A DNA stretch of 64,000 nucleotides from the human T2T-CHM13v2.0 reference genome, Homo sapiens. Position 1 is the stretch's first letter; each line of letters opens with the position of its first letter. The notes under the pieces were generated by a model. It did no database searches, was not told where the DNA came from, and worked only from the letters and a program-made list of their open reading frames with translations. The stretch lies in the NCBI RefSeq assembly GCF_009914755.1, contig NC_060932.1. One strand, given 5' to 3'. A program made the translations under genes and the position numbers. Below are positions 52,751-64,000 of this stretch, piece after piece.

Positions 52751-53045
52751 GGCCAGGCACAGTGGCTCACGCCTGTAATCCCAGCACTTTCGGAGGCCGA
52801 GGCGGGCGGATCACGAGGTCAGGAGATCAAGACCATCCTGGCTAACACGGTGAAACCCTGTCTCTACTAAAAGTACAAACAAATTAGCCGGGCGTGGTGG
52901 CGGGTGCCTGTAGTCCCAGCTACTCGGGAGGCTGAGGCAGGAGAATGGCGTGAACCCGGGAGTCAGAGCTTGCAGTGAGCCAAGATAGCGCCACTGCACT
53001 CCGGCCTGGGCAAAAGAGCAAGACTCCGTCTCAAAAAAAAAAAAA
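52751..53045 (+). mobile_element. AluY (Yk-lineage-like)
   Basis: AluY backbone plus agatagcgcc and ctccggcctgggcaaaagagc variants; TSD atggtttt (52743-52750 and 53046-53053). Confidence 0.9.
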
Positions 53046-53329
53046 ATGGTTTTAATAATACAAACAAAATTTGGATCAGGACCCTAAGTTTTTTAAATAA
53101 ATGGCTCATTTTTCCACTTTAATTTTGTAGTTGTAAACACAGTATTTCTTTATAGAGGCATTTATTTTTATCAGAATTGGCAGCTCTGATTCATTGAAGT
53201 CAACTCTACCTAACCTGAGGTGTCCAACATATTTTTTTCAGCCAATTACAGGCTGCATGAATAGTCCAAGTCAAACGAGTGTGGTATACACACATTACCA
53301 AGAAACCAAGTTGGTTTGATTTCAAGCTC

Positions 53330-53460
53330 AAATATTTATTAGCAATTCAGATGTTTCTCCTGATTTACACATGTAAATATCCAACAACCTATTAGGTATG
53401 CTTACTTGATGATTGACTTCTCTAAAATGAAACTATAATGAACTCATCACCCTTACAACC
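53330..53460 (+). mobile_element. L2 fragment
   Basis: tctcctga...aatatccaacaacctattagg...cttgatg...tgaactcatca. Confidence 0.4.
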
Positions 53461-53564
53461 CAGGTTCGAAGCTGGCAACAAGCTGAAAATAAAAGCTATA
53501 CATTTGAACTATTTCTGCGTAGTGACTGGAACCAGATTTAACTGAATTGCCCATTTCTGCTTCA

Positions 53565-54606
53565 AATAAAAAACTGCTATGAATATTTTGTGAGCAAATG
53601 TTCGTGAGAATGCACTTTTTCAAGTTAGTTGAGGATCACCGAAGAACATAACTGCTGCTGAGTCATAGGGTAAGACCATGTTTAGCTTCATAAGAAGCTA
53701 CCAAATTGTCTTGTAAAGTGGTGTACCATCTTATATTCTTACTAGCACTCAATGGATATTTCTGTTACTCAACATGCTTACTATCAATTGATATTTTCTC
53801 TTTTTCAATTGACATTAGCAATGCTAATAACTGTGTAGTAGCATCATTGTTTAAATTTGCAATACCCTAATGACAAGGTATATAGAACAACTTTTCATAT
53901 GTTTAATTGCTATCTGTATATTTTCTTTCATGTCTGTTAAATATTTTGCCCATCCTTTAACTGGGTTGCTTGTTTCCTTATTGTTGAATTTAAGAGATCT
54001 GCATATATTTTGTATACAAGTCCCTTATTCAGATGTGTGTTTTCGCAAATATTTTCTTCCAGTCTATGGTTTGTCTTTCATTCTCTCTATAGTGACTTTC
54101 ATAAAGAGGATTTTAATTTTAATAAAGTCTAATTCATCAATTTTTTTTCTTTAGGAGCTATGCCTTTAAGATTGTATCTAAAACTCATCACCAAACTCAA
54201 GGTCACATAAATTTTCTGCTATGTTTGTTTTATTCTAGAAGTTTATAGTTTTGTACTTTATATGTAGGTCTTAGATTCATTTTAAGTATTTTTTTAATGT
54301 TGTAAAGTCTATATCTACATTCTACTTTTGCGTAGGAAAGCCCAATTGTATTATTTGGCTCTCTATTCAGTTCCATCAATCTATTTGTCTATTCTTTTGC
54401 CAATACTATCCTGTTTTGATTGCTGTAGTTTTATACTAGTTATTAAATCAGTTAATGTAAGTCCTCAGATGTTGTTTTTATTCAGCATCGTGTTTGTTTT
54501 TTTCTAGATTGTTTTTCCTTTCCATATTAACTTTATAATCAGTTTTTCAGTATCTATAAATAGTTTCCTGAGATTTTATTCAAGATTGTTTTGTATCCAT
54601 TGATCA
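53565..54606 (-). mobile_element. L1MC ORF2 3' segment (inverted part)
   Basis: aataaaaaactgctatgaatatt...gagtcatagggtaagaccatgtttagcttcataagaagctaccaaattg is antisense L1MC ORF2 end. Confidence 0.8.
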
Positions 54607-54609
54607 TAC

Positions 54610-55731
54610 TCCTTCAATAGGTGATTGAATAAACAAACTGTGGCACATCCATAAAATGGAATATTATTAAATTATTAAACGAAAGAACATATTGAGCCAC
54701 AGCAAGACATAAAGGAAACTTACATGCATTTTGCTAAGTGAAATAAACTTGTCTATAAAAGCTACACATAGGATTCTAATCTTATCACATTTTGGAAAAG
54801 GCAAATCCATAATGATGATAAGAAGGTCATCGGTTTTCAGGAGTTTGGCAGGATGGGGAGAGAGCTGAATTGGTGAAATGTAGTGAATTTTTTAAAGCAG
54901 TAAAGCTATTATGCATGTCACCATAATTGTGGATATGCACATCTAAACATTGTCAAAATCCATAGGACTTTATAACACAAAGAGTAAATATTAACATATG
55001 CAATTTTTATAAGCCATTTAGCAGGTCAGGAGATTCCAGAATGTGACAAAACAGCATAACCATGTTACAAATATATGAAACAATGTCACTTAAGGGAATG
55101 GAAAAAAAAGGTGGTGGAACATAACTCTTCATGCTTTATATGTGCACAGTAACTTCCTTCCAGAAAGCATAATGTGGAAACGGGAAAAATACAAACTTAA
55201 GGGTTGAGAATCCTGACAAACTCTGTCTTAATCAGCAGATCAAGGTTAACATCAATGATTATACATTCTGTTGATACTGTGTATCCTTGAAAGGATGTAA
55301 TGAAAATGACACTTTATATCTGTTTTCTTCCTCTCTGAAACTCATAAATCTAGTCTAATCATAAGAAAAACATCTGACAAATTCTAACTGAGGAATATTC
55401 TAAAAAAAAAAAAAAAAAAACCTGAACAGTACTCCTCAAAACTATTAAGAAAGGAAAGTCTGAGAAACTGTCAGCCAAAGTTTTGTAGTTAGGAGATATG
55501 ACTATTAAGTGTATTATATTATCTTAAAATGAGATCATAAAACAGAAAAAGAATATTAGGTTAAAACAAAAAAAAAAATCTGAATAAAACACTAGTTTTG
55601 GTTGATAATGTGTTAATAATTGTCTATTAGTTTTAACAAATGTATCATGCTAATATGTTAGAGAAAACTAGAATCTCTGTACGATCTCTTCAAATATTCT
55701 CTAAACTTAAACTTTTCTAAAATAAAAGTTT
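54610..55731 (+). mobile_element. L1MC3-like 3'UTR (non-inverted part)
   Basis: tccttcaataggtgattgaataaacaaactgtgg...gatcaaggttaacatca...ctagtctaatcataagaaaaacatc...ctaaaataaaagtt. Confidence 0.8.
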
Positions 55732-56364
55732 GGTTGGTAATCAATAAATTCTCATATGAATGATAACATTTCATTACTGATAATAAGTATCATGAAATTA
55801 TTGCTTACTTTAACAGAAAATAAACTTATTGAAAAGATGCTGTACTACCCACAGAATTGCTAGAGGGACTGGTCAGTGTAACATTATATTTGCACTTGAT
55901 GAGAAATATTTTACTGCCTAATAAATGACCAGTTTTTCTAGTTCACATATGAGTGCTTGAGGCTAATGTGGACACTTAAATGGCTGGATGCCTATCAGAT
56001 TTAAATTGGTTACTTTATTGTTCAAACCTTTATTGATTGTTATGGCCAGTTTGACCTGTCAACAATTAATAGTGTTACTTTCAAACCTACCATTATGATG
56101 GATTGCTCTATTTTTTCCTGAACTTTACCAGTTTTTGCTTTATTTATTTTGACTTTACTTTATTAGGTGACTATGTTCTATTTTATTACATCTTCCAGTT
56201 CACTCACTTAAAACTAGGACTAATCTGTCCTTTTACCCATCCCCAACTATGTTTTTAATTTCAACATTCTTATAGTTATTTTATAGTCTGTATTTGACCG
56301 AATAAACTTGTTCAATTGTGACATCAGCATTTATGCTAATCAGTATTCTATTTGCTTCTCTACT

Positions 56365-56650
56365 ATTTATGTAATTTGTTCTGACCAGTGAAATGTAGGC
56401 AGAAGTGCCATGTGTCATGTCTGGGCTTAGGCATTGCAAAATCCATGCAGGATTATTCAGTCTCCCTCTTTTCCTGTTGCAGCAACCTAGTAAGCTACAA
56501 GATAGTAGGACTCAAGATAGCTTGTTTCCTTGAGTGACTATGTGGAACAGAGCTTTCTGCTTACTTATGTGTGATATGCAGTATTAGGAAAAAGTAAGCT
56601 TTTGTTTATTATTCTTTCTGTCACTGTAGCATAACCCCTCCTACTGTGCA
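56365..56650 (+). mobile_element. MLT1 (I/J-like) LTR remnant
   Basis: ttctgaccagtgaaatgtaggcagaagtg..tgtgtca; tgagtgactatgtggaacagagc; tcactgtagcataacc. Confidence 0.65.
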
Positions 56651-58019
56651 GTTCTTTCAATCCTAAAATAAATCTCTGGTTTATTTTGTTGCCTCTGTGT
56701 CAGAATGCCTTGCCTTCTGCTGTTTTAGGGTGGTAATTGATTTTAATTTGTGGAAATCTGATAGGACTACATTGAGAAAGTTTCTCTTCAAAGAGGCTAT
56801 ATTTCTGCATTACTTGGAAGCTAGTTGTTACTCCCATTCCAGGACATTTTCAGGCTGTTTTAAGAGTCTTAGATCAAATTAAATGTTGTCAGATTTGGCT
56901 TTCCTTCTTTGTTTCTCTTCCAATGAAAAAGACCCTCATAATTGGCCTCCTGACTGCCTGTGCTTTCCGGCTCCTGGATAGCTTTTTGGGTACCCTAGTT
57001 TTCATCTACCTTCAGCTCCAGGCTGAGCTCTCACATATTTGTGTGCCTCTTTCTTTGTTTTTTCACTGTTTTCGCAAGGATTCATGGAGATAGCTTCTAC
57101 ATATTTTGAAATGAACAAATCCATTAACAAATCTGTAATGTTAGGATCTAGTTATTTTAAAATGAAAGAGATTCTCACAACTTCTAGTTATTCCAAAGAA
57201 TATCTCTAGTACTTTTTAAAATGCTTAATGTTCACTCTGTGTGATTTTTAAAAATGTTAGCTTTCCTTTTGTTCATGTTTTGAATATATGTTTTCCACCT
57301 TTTATTCCCAAATTTTCTGTGTTCTTACATTTTAGCTTCAATTCTGTTGAAGAAGATATAGCTAAAGATATAGATATAGAATCTATGTCAGAAAACTTGC
57401 TCTAACTTGTGTGGGTTTGTAGAATGTGGACTAGATAACATAACTGTGAATGTTTTCTATTTGCTGATGATAAATAATCCAGATAATTTTTTAGACTGTC
57501 CCTGAAAAACTGCCAGGCTCAGTGTGCTGGGAACTCACCATTGTAGTAGGAAACAAATAAAAACAAATGGGCATTGATTTTCAGGGGTCATATCAGGTCT
57601 GGATGGTTGAAGAGTTTAAAATAGTTATCACAATATTTTCTGTGTGATAATTTAAAGTAATTCAATATGAACTGTGTGATTTAGCTGTATACGAATTAGT
57701 ACTTATCTATGGTAAGGGAACAATTAGTAGTTAAAGAATTTTAATCAGAAAGTCAATCTTTCACACTTTACAACTCAGCACTTATTTTTCATTTCCTTTA
57801 AAATCTCCAAGAAGAATTTGAATATTAGCAAAAAAGGTGATAGGATTTTTTTTAATTGGTAAAATAGTGTTCAAGATAGGTGGGTGAGGAGGATTGTGTA
57901 GATCTAAGCTTCCTTGTATGAATGAGACGTAAGTATCAGACACACTTGGCGGTATCACGTCATTGTTCAGTCTCTTCTCATTACTTCCTTCTTCAAGTAG
58001 GTTGCCCTAGGTGGTGTCA

Positions 58020-58220
58020 TCTTATGCACCAGTGCTTTTTACTTTCATGAGCAGAGCCAGTATCATTCCTTTTAAATTGCTTCTTTTCGCCCAACCTAAT
58101 TTGCTGTGTTTCAGCCTCAATAAAGGCAGGTTCTATATCAGTTCTCACTTTTTATTCCCATTTTTGCACAATGGCAGGTACATAGTATGCACTTGACAAA
58201 CAATGATTATATTAATAAAT
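58020..58220 (+). mobile_element. L2 3' end fragment
   Basis: aaggcagg...gcacaatggcaggtacatagtatgcacttgacaaa. Confidence 0.45.
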
Positions 58221-60365
58221 CAACACTTACTTCATATTGACATAAACATTACTGTTATAAAAATCTGATTCGTAAGGGCTTCCAAACACCCACATTATAA
58301 ATTCGCTCCATTCTATCTGCACATTGTAAATATGTTTCGTTTTTTTCTTTTAAAAATTATCAAAATAAAACGCTTGCCTAAAGTGAATTAGAATAATTAT
58401 GTAAATCATCCATTTCAGCATTAACCATTGATAGTAATTTTATTTGAACAATCTCCTTTCACTGTAACCATAGTAAGATATATATAGTAAAATATATAAT
58501 ACTAAAAAGTTGCACAGGCAACATAACTTTCAAACACTTAATGTCCAGCATTTTTTATACCATGTCCAAAAGGCATGAGAATTACAATATATCATCCTCA
58601 CTTTTAGGTCCACATGACCAAGTTAAAGGAGAGCAAGATATGTGCACAAATAAAAGACTAATACTAGAAAGGGTATAGAGCTACAGTTCCTTTAGTCCAT
58701 ATTTAGCTAGCAACGTGTGTTCTGCCTTAAGAAATTTCCAAAACTAAGTTATACTATTGAGGGTACACTTAGTATTTTGGATGAAAAAATTATCTGTTAA
58801 TAAAATGCGTTAGTCACAATGTTTGCTTGTTAAACAGTAAGCCATTAAGTATAATATATTCTCAGTGTCACAGAGCCATTATTTTCATTAATTAAAGCAC
58901 ATCAGTTTTATTATGTCCTTCTAATGCTTCCTGCCTTTAGTTCTGCTTCACAGGGTGCCTGCCCCTTTTCAACTTGCCTCTTGCTCTCAGCTATGATTTG
59001 ATAAAGTTAATAAGCTAGTATGAATGTATGTGTACAAATTAAAATGAATTTAAAAATCGTGAGTTCAAGGAAGATGCAGTGTGAATAAAAGAGGAGAGTC
59101 ATCTTTCAGTTTCTCATTTAATAAAACTAATATGGAGAAAGAATTAAGCAAATATAATTCAAATGGAAATTTCTATAATGCCCTATTGCGTCAAGAGGCA
59201 GACCTAATATTATGCCCTTTTCTCTGAGTCTTATAATAAAAAAAAGAGAGAGAAAAATTGCCTTTGTAGTCTTATCCCACTTGTAGCCTTGAAGTTTTCC
59301 TTGGATCAGAATTAAGAGATTGCAAACCTGACCTCATTTCTAGCCTAAAGCTTGAGATGAACAAAGTGGCATGAGCCATGGGAATTACTTAGACAAAAAT
59401 TCTGTTAATTTACTCTTGGAACTATCCAACAAAAAAGGAAGAAAGAGGTAATCCTGGCTGAGCCAAGCTCTAATCTTTGCTTTCATTGAATAAACAGTTA
59501 GATATTAAGATTTTAACACCACTACCCACATGTGTGACTCCAATCGTAGAAATACAAAGAACATTTGTTGCCGCTAAGAAAAGATAGAATAATTTTCAAA
59601 TTAGTCACCATGCTGAATAATAACCCAACTTCAATAAAAATGTATAATACAGCAAATAATTAAAAATAAAAATAAGGCAGAGTATGAATCCCACTCTAAA
59701 ATGAATTTACCAAAGAAAACTCAACTAGAAACAGCAAGACCCTGGCAGAGACCTACTCCCAGGGAACTTGGAGCCCCACAGAAAAGGTAAGTGGAAGTGA
59801 TTCTCTGCTTCCTCTCTCCACTTTGACAATCTTCTGACTGTCAAAAAGTTGTGGAGGCTCTCTGCTCTTGTGAACTAGGGAAACACTGCTGGTGTGTGGT
59901 TTGAGAATTTCTTAGGGACAGAGATCTGGGTGGCCAGCAAGTGCAGGCATGCCTGCACTCCTCTGAGACCCTAACTGGGATGGCAAACACCATCCTCGTT
60001 GAGCACCTATTGCGGGACACTGTTCTGCCTGGGATTTCTCTGCCCTTTAGTCACCATACCATCAGATCCCGCAGAAACATACCCCACAACCCACTCTGAT
60101 TTTGGCAAGCGCAAGGGACTGGTTGGTCCCCAGGGTGTGAGCTAAACATAAGGGAGCAAGGATTGTTCTGCAGCCCACCAGAGCCCCATTGGGACAAAGA
60201 AAACACAGATATGGTGCCCATCTCTGAAGAGAACAACAGTGATACCCCGGCATAGACATAGAGAGGGTGTCATCTCACTCACCTCATACATTGCTATGGA
60301 CACAGCAGTGCTTCTTCCTGCTAAAGACCAGCATATTCTCTGAGTGAAGAGAAAGTATTTTTATG

Positions 60366-60380
60366 GTTGTTGTTGTTGTT

Positions 60381-60436
<56 letters not shown>
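60366..60436. repeat. (GTT)5 followed by T54 homopolymer
   Basis: Uninterrupted T run at 60383-60436. Confidence 0.95.
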
Positions 60437-60437
<1 letters not shown>

Positions 60438-63400
60438 TGGCACCTCCGCTTCCACTGAAAGTGAGCCTTTGCCACTTGAACTTCCATGGAGGGCAGGGTC
60501 CAACTTCCCTACACAGAGCGACAGTGTCCCAGCAATGGAGGACAGACATGTCACAAAGTTGGCTGCCTTGGACTGGGGAAGAGGCTTTGCCCCAAGAACA
60601 TTTTGGCAGTAGCCCTCAGAGAGGCATATCTTCAGCCCATAAACACACTGTGATTGGAAACCAAAGGATGAATTATCTATGAACATTGGTTTTAAGCCCT
60701 GCAACAGGGGCATAATAGGGAGGTGGACTGTGTTCCTGCCAGCTCATGGTGAACAGCTGTTACTCCACCAAGCCCCTTCCTGAAAGACCTAAGTTCATCC
60801 CAACACAATCTCCCCTGCTCCTCTTACTCCTGCATCCCAGCATTCCTGCACCCCCAACAGAGTGGGAGCCTCCATTCATCATCAGCCTACCTGAGCTGGA
60901 ACTGAGTTTTACTCTAAGGGCCACCTACTGTGTGGCAGCCTGAACTACACCACCAAATAAAAACTTGCTATCAGAAAGATTTAGAGCTAGTCTAAAAGAT
61001 AAGCTTCCTAAGAACTCCCCACCTTCAGCCCTCCAAGTGATAATATTGGCTCATATATCCAATCCATCATTACAACAAGCAGCCTCTGAGAAAGCCATTG
61101 CACAGAAGCTATCAACAACCAAGAAACCCATACAGACCTCAGCCCACTGAAAGCATCCAGAAATATAAAGCAAAATGATCTTATGCAATATACACTACAG
61201 TCATACCCCCAAAGGAAACAAGAATTAAAAAAAGTAAATGTCCTATTCAAATGATAGTAAGTTCAAAAATAAGAAGTGACAGCCTCCTCAGATGACAATG
61301 AATCGGCACAAGAACTGTGTTGGTGCTAAAAGTTGGAGTGTCTTGACACCTCCAAAGGATCTCACCATCTTTCTAGCAATAGATCCTAACCAAACCAAAG
61401 AATTTGAAGTGACAAGGAATTCAAAAAATGAATAGCAAGGAAGCTCAACAAGATCCATGAGCAAGTGGAAATCCAATACAAAGAAACCAGAAAACTGATT
61501 CAGGAAATGAAAGATGAGATAGCTATATTAAAAAAAGAAACAACAAATCATACTTCAGGAATTGAAAAATTCACTAAAGGCATTTCAAAGTACAATTGGA
61601 CGCTTTAACAATAGACTAGATAAAGCAGAACGAATTTCAGGACTGTAGATTAATCTTTGACATTAGCCCAGTCATAAAGAAAAAATAATTCTAAAAAATA
61701 AACAAAATCTTTGAGAAATATGGGATTGTGTAAAGCAATCAAACTCATGTTGTATTGCCATTCCTGGGAGAAAAGAAGATAAAGCAAACAAGTTGGAAAA
61801 TACGTTTGAGGTAATAGTTTCTAATCTTGATAGAGAGGTCAACATCCAGATACAAGAAGTACAGTGAACACCTGCAAGATAGTATACAAGATGACCATAC
61901 CCAATGGCTAAAGTCATCAGAATATCCACGATTAATATGAACATGCAAACACTAAGGGAATTAGTCACCACCAGACTGAACCTACAACAAACACTCAAAG
62001 GAATTCTAAACATGAAAGAAGGATACTTGCTACCATAATAAAATCCTTGCTACCAGATATGAAAAAAGGATACTTGTTACCATAAAAGCACACATAAGTA
62101 CAAAGCTCACAAACACTGTAAAGTCATTACACAAATCTACTAGCTAACATCATTATAACAAAGACAAAACCTCACATATCAATATTAGCTGTGAACATAA
62201 ATGACCTAAATGCTGCACTTAGACAAAGTGTGGCAAATTGACAAAAAACAAGACTCAACATTTGGCTGTCTTCAAGAGATTCCTATGTAATGAAACTCAT
62301 AGGCTAAAAGTAAAGGTATGGAGAATTACCTATCATGTAAATAGAATACAAGAAACAGCACAGTTGCTATTCTTGTATGAAATAAAACAGAGTTTAAATA
62401 AAAAATAGTAAACAAAAAAAAAGACAAAGAAGGACATTATATAGTGACAAATGATTCAGTTCAACACAAAGGTTTAGCTATCCTAAATACATATGCACCC
62501 AAAGTTGAATCACCCATATTTATAAAACAAATACTACTGGCCCTAAGAAAACAGATAGACAGACATACAATAATAGTGGAGGGCTTCAAAACCTCACTGA
62601 CAGCACTAAGACAGATCATTGAGGCAGCAAACTAACAAAGAAACTCTAAACTTAAATTGGACTCTTTATCAAGTGGAGCTAATAGATATCTACAGCATAC
62701 TTCATCCAACAACCACAGAATATACATTTTTTCTTATCTGCACAGGGAATATTCTCTAAAATTGAGACATGCTTGATCATAAAGCAAGTCTCAATAAATT
62801 TTTACAAATCAAATCCATATCAAGCATATTCTCAGACCACAGTGGAATGAAACTAGAAATCAATGCCAAGAGGAACTCTCCAAACTACACAAGTATATGG
62901 AAAATAAACAACTTGCTTCTGCATGACTTTTGGGTAAATAACTACATTGAGGCAGGAATCAAATAATTTTTAAAACAAATGAAAATAGAGATACAACATA
63001 CCACATCCCCTGGGATACAGTAAGAGGAAAGTTTATAGCACTAAATGCCTACATCAAAATAATGGCAAGATTTCACAACCTAATGTTTCACTTAAAGAAA
63101 TAAGAAAATCAAGAACAAGCCAAACTCAAAGCTAACAGAAGAAAATAAATAACAAAGGTGAGAGCAGAACTAAATGAAATAGATCCCCCAAAACCATGCA
63201 AAGGATCAATGAAACGAAAAGTTGGTTCTTTTTGGATAAACAAAATGGATAGATCACAAGCTAAATTAACCAAGAATAAAAGAAAGAATATTCAAAAAGC
63301 AGATCAAAAATGACAAAGGTGACATTACAATTGATATAAAATATCTTCAGAGGCTATTATGAACATCTCTATTTGTGCACACTAGAAAATCTAGAGTAAA

Positions 63401-63762
63401 TTGATAAATTACTGGAAACACAGCTTTCCAAGATTGAAGTAGAAAAAAATTTAAATCCTCAACAGCCCAATCATGAATCATGAATTACAGAACTGGAACG
63501 GTAACAAAAAATTAGTTGAATTCTAACAGGTGTTAAAAAATTAAAAAAAAAGGACTTGGTGCCAATCTTACTAAAACTATTCAAAAAAATTTAAAAGGAG
63601 AGATTCCTGTTTAACTCATTCTCATGAAACAAGTATTAACCTGATACCAAACTCTGGTAAGAACACAGCAAAAAAAGGAAACTACAGGCCAATATCCCTG
63701 ATGAACATAGATGCAAAAATCCTCAACAAAATACTCGCAAATCAAATCTGGCTACACATATA

Positions 63763-63921
63763 TAGCCAGTCATGGTGACACGTTCCTTTAGTCTCAGCTA
63801 CTCAGGAGGCTAAGGTGGGAGTATCAGTTGGGCCCAGGAGGTTGTGACCACATTGAGTTGTGATTCCACCACTGCACTCTAGCCTGAGTGAAAGAGCAAG
63901 ACCCAGTCTGAAAAAAAAAAA
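63763..63921 (+). mobile_element. FRAM or 5'-truncated AluJ right arm inserted in L1 ORF2
   Basis: tagccagtcatggtg...cagctactcaggaggctaaggtgggag...ccactgcactctagcctg...gacccagtctg(a)n; L1 ORF2 resumes after it. Confidence 0.85.
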
Positions 63922-64000
63922 GATAATTAATCTTTTCATCTCATTCATGCGAGTATTTCTGGGATGTAACGATGGTTCAAAATATGCAAATCAATAAATG

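Larger units (their letters stand above)
59720..64000 (+). mobile_element. L1PA14-16/L1PB-like element: 5'UTR, internally deleted ORF1 and disrupted ORF2 (EN to RT start), running off the window
   Basis: GC-richer 5'UTR ~59720-61250; ORF2 EN pieces LAILNTYAP..PIFIKQILLAL..HTIIVEGF and SIFSDHSGMKLEIN; aactacaggccaatatccctgatgaacatagatgcaaaaatcctcaacaaaatact; multiple stops and frameshifts. Confidence 0.9.

Noticed and set aside
60284-60713. Poly-Lys and poly-Phe ORFs
   Set aside because: Artefacts of the T54 homopolymer

Overview
AT-rich primate genomic DNA, most likely human because it carries an AluYa5-lineage insertion. It looks like a gene desert or deep intron. I find no credible protein-coding gene, RNA gene, CpG island or CRISPR array. 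The ORF-track entries are explained by Alu, L1 or MaLR remnants, simple repeats or chance. The window is a layered mosaic of transposable elements: about 12 Alu copies or fragments (J to Ya5-lineage), many L1 remnants (L1M to L1PA), MaLR LTRs (MST, THE1, MLT1), ERV1/ERVL LTRs, the DNA transposons MER58A and MER3, MIR and L2. The least obvious content is a heavily decayed ERVL-class (class III) retroviral gag-pro-pol remnant at about 18.7-21.25 kb. It is recognisable only by manual translation across stops and frameshifts, and a MER3 is inserted between RT motif B and the YxDD motif. Other notable items are a 120-bp dispersed duplication, a templated insertion copied from a nearby LTR, an old L1MC with a twin-priming-type inversion, a THE1 LTR with a perfect DUX4 motif, a candidate exonised Alu fragment, and several non-B-DNA-prone tracts. 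I do not see evidence of a wholly new biological system. Subfamily names come from my recall of consensus sequences and need RepeatMasker/Dfam confirmation. Boundaries of old elements are approximate.
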